Positions 56,969 to 64,000 of a stretch of 64,000 nucleotides of DNA are shown one piece after another. Below the pieces are notes generated by a model. The model was not told where the DNA came from. It searched no databases and worked only from the letters and a program-made list of their open reading frames with translations. The translations under genes were made by a program, and so were the position numbers. The first letter of the stretch is position 1. Every line of letters starts with the position of its first letter. The DNA is from a virus (taxonomy: Duplodnaviria; Caudoviricetes): IMG/VR virus record IMGVR_UViG_3300020577_010124, positions 106,563 through 170,562 of that record; one strand, 5' to 3'.

Positions 56969-57915
56969 CCTACCAGAAGACAGACGACGCTCGATACGAA
57001 TGTCTAGTTTGTCCGCACCGTTGCAAGCTTCGCAATGGTCAGCGCGGTATCTGCCAAGTTAGAGAGGCAGAAAATGGCATATTCCTGCGGGGATATGGCA
57101 AAATAACTCATGCGGCTGTTGAGCCAATTGAGAAGAAACCTATCTATCATTTTAAGCCAAATACCAAAACGCTATCCATAGGCGGATATGGTTGTTCTAT
57201 GGCTTGTAGTTATTGCCAAAATTGGATGGTCAGTCAGGAAGATAAGTTTGAAACAGCAACTGATCTATCTCCAATGGCTGCGGTTAAATTAGCTGAGTCA
57301 AAAAATTGTAAAGCTATTTGCTTTACCTACAATGAACCAATTGTTTATTACGAGTACATCGTAGACCTTGCAAAACAGTGTCAAGAATCTAATCTTGATT
57401 TGATTCTGAAAACGAATGCTTATGCAGAGATTCCTATTTGGGAAGTTCTTTGTAGCGTATCGTCAGCAATGAACATAGACTGGAAAGGTTCTCAGGAACG
57501 TTATCAAAAAGTCGCCAGAGCAGACCAACAGCCAGTCTTAGATTGTATAAAATATGCAATAAATAAAACGCACGTAGAAATAAGCATTCCTGTCTATCAT
57601 GATTCAACAATCTTAGAACATGAAGAGTTTGCTCGATTTATGAGTGAAAACCCTTATGTTCCTTTGCATTTGCTAAAGATATATCCTGCCTACAAAGATG
57701 TTGGATGTCAAGTAACGTCAGACGGATTAGTACATAGGGTTGCAAAACTATATTCTGCTCATTCTAAGTTTGTGTATGTACAGAATGTTTACGATCAAAA
57801 GGGATTGCAGGATACTCGTTGTCCGTCTTGTAAGGCAACGATAGCAAGTCGTCAGTCTCTTGAAACGGTAGTGCATGGAGATTCATGCTGCGGTTGCCCG
57901 ATAATCGTGGTATGA
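56929..57915 (+). CDS. Radical SAM enzyme, AmmeMemoRadiSam (PFL-activase-like) family
   Basis: CLVCPHRC...C.VR, PIEKKPIYHF.P, GCSMACSYCQNW, FTYNEP, C-terminal CPSC. Confidence 0.85.
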   Translation: MALTQAFQNAETLTYQKTDDARYECLVCPHRCKLRNGQRGICQVREAENGIFLRGYGKITHAAVEPIEKKPIYHFKPNTKTLSIGGYGCSMACSYCQNWMVSQEDKFETATDLSPMAAVKLAESKNCKAICFTYNEPIVYYEYIVDLAKQCQESNLDLILKTNAYAEIPIWEVLCSVSSAMNIDWKGSQERYQKVARADQQPVLDCIKYAINKTHVEISIPVYHDSTILEHEEFARFMSENPYVPLHLLKIYPAYKDVGCQVTSDGLVHRVAKLYSAHSKFVYVQNVYDQKGLQDTRCPSCKATIASRQSLETVVHGDSCCGCPIIVV

Positions 57916-58643
57916 CTCGACCATCAACCTCGAATACGACAGTTACAACAACAGCAATGGCTAGGCCCGAACTAATCGGACCAACCTATAAGTCTTTTCA
58001 AGAAAAGACACCTTGGCTTGATTTTAGCAAAATGACGTTGCTGTTGAACGTTGATTTTTGTCCCAATTTCTGCGACCATCCCAAGCGCAATGAAGTTATA
58101 GAGATAGCTCATAGTTTCTTCAAAAACGTTATTGTAAATGAGATAGGGGACTTGCCAAACTTTCCCGCTGCTGTCAAATGGTTATTTACAAACGTGAAGT
58201 CTGAGTTTGCTTATCATATTGAGGACGATTGGTTACTGCTAAGCGAGATCCCAGAATCTGTTGGAGAGTTTTTTGATAATCCCAAGATTCTTCAAGTTGG
58301 CTTCAAGGCCTGGAATATTCCCGAACCACGATTTGTTCTTAGTCCAAACCTCATACGAGGTTCTTTTTGCAATTTCATAGGCAAGGAGCTAACTCGTCAT
58401 AAAAATCCCGAACAGCAAATAAGAAGTTTTCAACCTCATGATCCTAAAGAAGCTTTTGTTTATTGGCCTTTTGAAGAAAAGGTAATCTTACAAGATACTG
58501 GAAGGGCATGGATGAAGAGTACCGAATATGCTAGAGGAGACGATGAATTTACTAGATGGAAGTGGGTAAGGAATCCTGCTTTGCTGAAACTTAATCAAGA
58601 AATAAGAGATCAAAACGCAGAAATAGATAGAAACAAACTCTAA
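57912..58643 (+). CDS. Putative GT-A glycosyltransferase (paralog 1)
   Basis: TTTAMARPEL, LNVD, NFP.A.KW, HIEDDW. Confidence 0.55.
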   Translation: MTRPSTSNTTVTTTAMARPELIGPTYKSFQEKTPWLDFSKMTLLLNVDFCPNFCDHPKRNEVIEIAHSFFKNVIVNEIGDLPNFPAAVKWLFTNVKSEFAYHIEDDWLLLSEIPESVGEFFDNPKILQVGFKAWNIPEPRFVLSPNLIRGSFCNFIGKELTRHKNPEQQIRSFQPHDPKEAFVYWPFEEKVILQDTGRAWMKSTEYARGDDEFTRWKWVRNPALLKLNQEIRDQNAEIDRNKL

Positions 58644-58644
58644 T

Positions 58645-59472
58645 ATGTACCCCATTACTGAACAGACTTTATCTTTTACAACAACAGCAATGCCTCGTCC
58701 TGAACTAGCGAGGATAACCTATGAATCCTTTACTCGGAATATGCAGGACTTCAACTTCAAGCTAGCAACTTTGTATCTCAACGTTGACGGCTTCCCTGAT
58801 AATCCTGAAAACGAAAAGAGAAAGGAAGTAGCAGATATTGCCAGGAATTATTTTGGCAATGTTATTCTAAGCACTCCTGAAACTCCTAACTTTGCGTCAG
58901 CGCTAAAGTGGTGCTTTTCCCAAGTAGAAACAATCTATAACTTTCATCTTGAAGACGATTGGGAGCTTCTTTCTCCCATAAGAGTTTCTAGTTTCAATCA
59001 GTTCTTTATTTCTCCGCATGTTCAAGAAGTTTCTCTAAGAGCTTGGAAGAGCGCTGGTAATAACTTCTTTCTTAGCCCAAGTTTTATACGAGGGTCTTTT
59101 TGCAAGACTGTTGCGGCCAAGATCGTTGGTAGCGATAATCCTGAAGTGCAAATAAGAAATATGGATCATGGTTTCAACAATAAATCATTCTTGTACTTTC
59201 CCTTTGATAGACGAAATGTTATATTGAAGGATTTAGGCAGACCTTGGATGATGTCTAGTAAATACGATAGAGGAACCCAGCATTTTACTCAATGGAGTAT
59301 AAGGGAACCTGGTAAGGGTATTCAAAAGCTTGCGGATCAAAATGCTCAAATACCTAAAGAGTTTCAACCAAATCAACCTACAGATAAGAAGGTTGAAGGT
59401 ATGAACCGATGGGTTAGAGATTATGAAAAACAACGTGCAATAAAGCTATCTAGAAGAGGAAAGATAATATGA
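58645..59472 (+). CDS. Putative GT-A glycosyltransferase (paralog 2)
   Basis: TTTAMPRPEL, LNVD, NF..A.KW, HLEDDW. Confidence 0.55.
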   Translation: MYPITEQTLSFTTTAMPRPELARITYESFTRNMQDFNFKLATLYLNVDGFPDNPENEKRKEVADIARNYFGNVILSTPETPNFASALKWCFSQVETIYNFHLEDDWELLSPIRVSSFNQFFISPHVQEVSLRAWKSAGNNFFLSPSFIRGSFCKTVAAKIVGSDNPEVQIRNMDHGFNNKSFLYFPFDRRNVILKDLGRPWMMSSKYDRGTQHFTQWSIREPGKGIQKLADQNAQIPKEFQPNQPTDKKVEGMNRWVRDYEKQRAIKLSRRGKII

Positions 59473-60053
59473 GTAAGAAGCTTTCGATTTTAATTTGTTC
59501 TTTATACTCAAGAGCAGAAAAACTTAATAGGCTGTTAGCAAAACTAAACCCTCAACTGAATGCAGAGGTTGAGGTGTTAGTAAAGAGCGATCATGGAGAG
59601 ATGATTATTGGGCAAAAGAGAAACAAGCTTTTGAGCGAGGCAACAGGCGAGTATATAGCCTTTATTGACGACGACGACTTGGTTTCTGACGATTATGTAG
59701 CCAAGATTTTGTCAGCAATACAAACAAGCCCTGATTGCGTTGGCATGCAGGGAGTTATTACTTTTCAAGGTCAATGTCCAAGAATATTCATTCACTCCAC
59801 TAAATATGATAGTTGGTTTGAGCAAAATGATGTTTACTACAGACCTCCCAATCATCTAAATCCAGTTAAAAGAGAACTTGCTCTACAAGTTGGATTTCCT
59901 GAACTCAACCACGGAGAGGACCGAGATTATTCTATGCGGTTGAAATCGCTGTTAAAGAGTGAAAAGTTTATTACAGGAGTAATTTATCATTACTTGTATG
60001 AAAAAGGCGGACCTCCAAATCAACCACAACCACCAAGAAGAAGGTTTAATTAA
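59469..60053 (+). CDS. GT2-family glycosyltransferase
   Basis: LSILIC, IGQKRN, GEYIAFIDDDD, GED. Confidence 0.8.
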   Translation: MSKKLSILICSLYSRAEKLNRLLAKLNPQLNAEVEVLVKSDHGEMIIGQKRNKLLSEATGEYIAFIDDDDLVSDDYVAKILSAIQTSPDCVGMQGVITFQGQCPRIFIHSTKYDSWFEQNDVYYRPPNHLNPVKRELALQVGFPELNHGEDRDYSMRLKSLLKSEKFITGVIYHYLYEKGGPPNQPQPPRRRFN

Positions 60054-60850
60054 TGATTAGCTCTCGTATGCTTGCCAATCTTCCTCCTGAAATTCAGCGC
60101 CGATTTGAATATTCAAATGCCCCAGTTCGCAATATAGCTGGCATGTCTGTTGTTATACCAATCAGGGGAGTAGATAGGCAAAACAATCTCAACTATACGG
60201 TTACAAAGCTTCTTCAACAAAACATCGATCCATTGGAAATCATTATTTCCGAAGAAGACGTTGATTCAGTTATTAATCTTACAGCATTTAGATTTGATTC
60301 TCGGATACGTCACGTTTTTACAAGAAGCGATACAACAAATTTCAATAAGTCCAAAGCAATCAATGCGGGAGTTGCTGCAAGCGTTTATCCTATTATAGCT
60401 ATGAATGATGCAGATATTGTCTTACCTAAAGATTACTTGTATCGAATGAGTATCATTCTGTGTGAACATGAAGCAGCGTTTATCGCTAAAGAGATTTATA
60501 ACATGGACTTTTTGAGAGCAGGAATCATTTGGAAAGGGTCAAAGAGAACCGACTATTTTTCAGGCGGTAGTCTTGCTTTCCAGAAGAGCGCTTTCATAAA
60601 GATAGGCGGAATGAACGAGAAGTTTGTAGCTTATGGAAGCGAAGATTGCGAGTTTTGGGATCGAGTTAAAGCATTATGTAAGGTCCATGAAGAAAGAGAC
60701 ATGCCGCTGTTACATCTAAACCACAAGAGAAAATTTAGTTATAGTCAAAATGTAGAGTTGTATACGAAAACGTCAGCAATGCCAATGAAAGAAAGAGTCG
60801 AAGAGTTGGTTAAGGATTTATCTAAGCATTTTACTAATAAGCAAGCATAA
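60053..60850 (+). CDS. GT2/GT7-like galactosyltransferase-type protein
   Basis: SVVIP.R, FNKSKAINAG, DADI, GGMNEKFVAYGSED. Confidence 0.75.
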   Translation: MISSRMLANLPPEIQRRFEYSNAPVRNIAGMSVVIPIRGVDRQNNLNYTVTKLLQQNIDPLEIIISEEDVDSVINLTAFRFDSRIRHVFTRSDTTNFNKSKAINAGVAASVYPIIAMNDADIVLPKDYLYRMSIILCEHEAAFIAKEIYNMDFLRAGIIWKGSKRTDYFSGGSLAFQKSAFIKIGGMNEKFVAYGSEDCEFWDRVKALCKVHEERDMPLLHLNHKRKFSYSQNVELYTKTSAMPMKERVEELVKDLSKHFTNKQA

Positions 60851-60858
60851 GGATCATT

Positions 60859-61632
60859 ATGTACAAAATAATATCATTCAGTTTATGGGGCGATGACACA
60901 AGCTATATGAATGGTTGTATAGAAAACATACGTTTAGCTGCGGAAATATATCCTGGTTGGACTACTAGGTTCTATTGCGATAGTAAGGTTCCTCGTGAGT
61001 TTCTAGATAAACTACAAAGCATGGGAGCCGAGGTTGTTGTCATGAACACTATCGAAAGCCCGTGGGAGGGTTTGTTTTGGAGATTCCTACCAGTCTCAGA
61101 ATCAGACGTTGATATCTTTATATCTAGAGATATTGATTCTAGGTTGAATGTTAGAGAAAAAGCTGCTGTTGATGAATGGCTTGAAAGTCCAAAGCTTTTA
61201 CATTGCATGAGAGATCATATTGAGCATAATGTTCCAATTTTGGGAGGCATGTGGGGCGCTAAGCGGGGTTTGCTAAATGATATCGCTGCTAAGATTAGCG
61301 TATGGGGAAAATTCAATTACAAGGGAAGCGATCAAGATTTTCTCAAAGAGCATGTATGGGAACCATATATTAAGTATGCGTTAGTTCATGACCGTTTCTC
61401 TAATGGATTGGTTATACAAGACGGTAAACATGAAGAAAGAATTTATGTTCCGCCAGAACCAAAAGAGCTTCCGCCAATTGTAGAAGGAGAAGCCCCTCCT
61501 GAACCAGTAGTAATCATTCCGCCAGATTACTACTATGATCCAAAGAAGTTCTTTGGAGATCATGACATAAGACCATTCCCTCATCATGCCCCAATGGGAC
61601 ATGGAGTACACGTTGGAGAAAGAATACCATGA
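60859..61632 (+). CDS. Putative glycosyltransferase-like protein
   Basis: IISFSLWG, YPGW..RFY, FWRFL, SRDIDSR, MRDH, ILGGMWG, DQDFL. Confidence 0.5.
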   Translation: MYKIISFSLWGDDTSYMNGCIENIRLAAEIYPGWTTRFYCDSKVPREFLDKLQSMGAEVVVMNTIESPWEGLFWRFLPVSESDVDIFISRDIDSRLNVREKAAVDEWLESPKLLHCMRDHIEHNVPILGGMWGAKRGLLNDIAAKISVWGKFNYKGSDQDFLKEHVWEPYIKYALVHDRFSNGLVIQDGKHEERIYVPPEPKELPPIVEGEAPPEPVVIIPPDYYYDPKKFFGDHDIRPFPHHAPMGHGVHVGERIP

Positions 61633-62714
61633 AGATTTTCAACTTAGATCTACATATATCAGTAATTGCAGACATACAGCAAATACTTTCATGTCAAGGG
61701 CATGAAGTAACTAGTTGGAATATGTCAGGACATAACTGGGTATTTGGTAGACAGAAAACGACCACTTCCGTTATAAACACAGACAACTGGACTCGCATAG
61801 ATCAGAAGATGTGCGATGATTTCTACAATGCATATAAGGATGAGTTCGCTAAGTATGACGCATTTTTAGTAACCTATCCGCCAGCATTTGCTATGTTGTT
61901 TGAAAAATGGAATAAGCCCATAATCATTGTTGCCCCTATAAGATATGAACTTCCATTTTCTACAAGAGCAGACGAATGGGAAAGATTCAATGATTTCTTA
62001 AAAAGAGGAGCGGATAGCGGTCAAGTTATTCTTGCAGCTAATAACAAGTATGACGCTGAGTATGGAAAGTATTTTACAGACAGAGAATGGCTCCATATTC
62101 CAAGCTTGTGCAACTACACTTCGGTAAAATATTCGCCAGCTAAAAGAGAATTTCTTTACTATTCTAGAATGCATCAATATCCATTCTATATTGGAGGAAG
62201 TTTCATTCCAAATCTTGTTGACAAGTCTAAAGCTTTGCCTTCTGGATATAAATGGAAAGATCAAGTCGTATATAGAGGCATTGTTGGCATTCCTTATTGT
62301 CCTTCAACCATGTCTATCTTTGAGTTTTACGCTCAGAATATGCCACTGTTCTTCCCGTCAGTTGATCTAATGATTAGAATGAAGAAAGATTACACAGCTT
62401 ATGTATTGGCTGAGTCGTCTTGGAATCAGACATGGAATATTAAAAGCGGTTCCGTTATTCGCCCTGGACCTAACGATCCTAATGACTTTGAGGATCTAGA
62501 GAAGTTCAAAAAGTGGCTGCCATTGGCGGACTTTTATGATTCAGAATGGATGCCCCATATTCAATATTTCGAAGACTGGAATGAGTTCCGAGATAGACTA
62601 GCTTCTATTAGCGACCAAACACTCTGGGATATTAGTAGTTCAATGGCTTCTTTCTGTAATGTTAGAAACCAAAGAGTAAATGACCTATGGGCAGGAGTAA
62701 TGTCTAGGCTATGA
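61629..62714 (+). CDS. Putative glycosyltransferase-like protein
   Basis: Context; FNLDLHISV, PY..STMSIFEFY...PLF. Confidence 0.45.
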   Translation: MKIFNLDLHISVIADIQQILSCQGHEVTSWNMSGHNWVFGRQKTTTSVINTDNWTRIDQKMCDDFYNAYKDEFAKYDAFLVTYPPAFAMLFEKWNKPIIIVAPIRYELPFSTRADEWERFNDFLKRGADSGQVILAANNKYDAEYGKYFTDREWLHIPSLCNYTSVKYSPAKREFLYYSRMHQYPFYIGGSFIPNLVDKSKALPSGYKWKDQVVYRGIVGIPYCPSTMSIFEFYAQNMPLFFPSVDLMIRMKKDYTAYVLAESSWNQTWNIKSGSVIRPGPNDPNDFEDLEKFKKWLPLADFYDSEWMPHIQYFEDWNEFRDRLASISDQTLWDISSSMASFCNVRNQRVNDLWAGVMSRL

Positions 62715-63475
62715 ATTTGGTTATAGGAAATACTTCGCAGATATCTAAGTATTTTCCAGATGATTTCATAAAAATATCATCTAGAAATATAGATAGTTCC
62801 ATTTTTGAACAAAACTGGGATCGAGTTTTCCTTTGCTTTGCAGAACAAAGAACCTATATGAGTAGTCACAGTTTATTCGATTCAGTAAACTATGAATATA
62901 CCATAGAAGTAATCAATAAACTCAAGGCAAACAAGATAATATACTATTCAACCGCCGAACTATGGAATAATACTGTCGGAGAGGTTGATATAGATTCTCC
63001 ATTTAGCTACCATCCTTCTGGCTATGTTACTTCAAAAGAAAAAGTAACCAATTACATAAAGAACAATTATAGCCATGTGCTTATAGCCTACCCTTTTAAC
63101 TTCAATTCAAAATATAGACTTCCGCCATTCTTGTTTGGTAAGGTATTTCATTCTATTGTAAATAAGCAAAAGATAGAGTTAGGAGACACTTACTACTTTA
63201 GAGAGCTTTTGCATCCAAGCTTTGTTGCTCAAGAGTCAATAAGCCAAAATGGGCATAAAGTCATAGGTACGGGTAACTTAATTTTTATAAATGATTTCAT
63301 AAGAAGGCTTTATGAGGCATTTGATATGATATATGAAGATTATGTTACAGAAGACCTCAAGAATCATTCAATCTATAGAAAGAACATATTTTACGCCAAG
63401 GAAAGAAAAAAGATTGAACTATTCGATATTACAGTGAAAGAAATAAATGATCAAATTGCCAATAAAACTAGTTAA
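62711..63475 (+). CDS. Divergent NAD-dependent epimerase/dehydratase (SDR-like)
   Basis: LVIGNTSQI, YYSTAELW, Y..SK (GYVTSK), PFN, RELLH. Confidence 0.55.
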   Translation: MNLVIGNTSQISKYFPDDFIKISSRNIDSSIFEQNWDRVFLCFAEQRTYMSSHSLFDSVNYEYTIEVINKLKANKIIYYSTAELWNNTVGEVDIDSPFSYHPSGYVTSKEKVTNYIKNNYSHVLIAYPFNFNSKYRLPPFLFGKVFHSIVNKQKIELGDTYYFRELLHPSFVAQESISQNGHKVIGTGNLIFINDFIRRLYEAFDMIYEDYVTEDLKNHSIYRKNIFYAKERKKIELFDITVKEINDQIANKTS

Positions 63476-64000
63476 AGAGACTATAACTAACCAAGAAATT
63501 GACTCTCTTTGTTCTTGGTTGTCAACATATCCTCAGCTTACCAAAGGCAAGTTGACGGAACAGTTTGAGAAGGAATGGTCAGAATGGCTTGGAGTAAAAT
63601 ACTCCGTTTTTGTCAATTCTGGTTCGTCTGCTAACCTTGGCATGTTCTACGCGCTAAGTGTCTCAGGAATGCTTAAAAACAATAAGATAGTCGCTCCTTG
63701 CGTATCTTGGGTTACAACGGTAAGTCCAATAATGCAGTTAGGTTATGATTTGATCTTATGTGACACGGATAAAGAGACATTGGGGCTTGATGTTCAACAT
63801 CTTGAAAAGATTTGTAAAGAACAGAATCCTGCCTGCCTAATACTAGTTCATGTTCTTGGCATTCCTAACAAGATGGACGAGATTCAAAAGATTTGTGATA
63901 AATACGATGTCTTGTTACTAGAAGATTCATGCGAAAGCGTAGGTTCTTTGTATAACGGTTGTAAGACTGGTAACTTTGGTATCATGTCTTCTTTTTCAAC
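63447..64000 (+). CDS. DegT/DnrJ/EryC1/StrS PLP-dependent sugar aminotransferase/dehydratase (ColD/RfbH-like), 3' truncated
   Basis: Translated by hand: MIKLPIKLV...FE.EWSEWLGVKYSVFVNSGSSANL...VHVLG...LLEDSCES...GNFGIMSSFS. Confidence 0.85.
   Translation, partial: MIKLPIKLVKETITNQEIDSLCSWLSTYPQLTKGKLTEQFEKEWSEWLGVKYSVFVNSGSSANLGMFYALSVSGMLKNNKIVAPCVSWVTTVSPIMQLGYDLILCDTDKETLGLDVQHLEKICKEQNPACLILVHVLGIPNKMDEIQKICDKYDVLLLEDSCESVGSLYNGCKTGNFGIMSSFS

Noticed and set aside
1-64000. Bacterial chromosome (e.g. CPR) origin; tRNA/rRNA genes
   Set aside because: Single-strand gene packing, gp32-like SSB, UvsW-like helicase, divergent replication genes, orphan MTases and many hypotheticals favour a large phage, although no capsid or terminase gene is in the window; no cloverleaf or rRNA-like segment was seen in the short gaps.

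Overview
Gene-dense 64-kb segment with every credible gene on the + strand (standard code). It is most consistent with a jumbo/huge tailed bacteriophage genome. Left (1-13.8 kb): large putative virion/adhesion proteins, namely a partial Asp-box propeller, a 7x Ig-like-repeat protein and a 3246-aa vWA/LamG/Kelch/FN3 giant. Middle (16-51 kb): a self-contained bacterial-type replication/recombination module with UvsW-like SF2 helicase, DnaC-like loader, DnaB, SSB, RecA, Cas4-like nuclease, Gam-like protein and UvrD. Both the polymerase (DnaE) and the primase (DnaG) are split into separately encoded halves without inteins. Interleaved are six orphan DNA methyltransferases, a phage IF3, an intein-containing Ycf46-like AAA+ ATPase, SpoVS, a MazG-like protein and a minimal class II aaRS-like enzyme. 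Right (52-64 kb) plus 13.8-16.4 kb: glycosylation genes, including a CMP-nonulosonic acid (NeuA/NeuB/KdsC-like + Maf-like) pathway, about ten glycosyltransferase-like genes, a radical SAM enzyme and a free-standing LAGLIDADG endonuclease. The most striking candidate novelty is the fragmented replisome: an intein-less split DnaE whose halves join in exact canonical register, a split primase, and shared terminal docking-like peptides. Also notable are possible IF3-linked leaderless/AUU translation and two structured RNA leaders. No tRNA, rRNA or CRISPR array was seen. All calls come from motif recognition by eye, with no database search.
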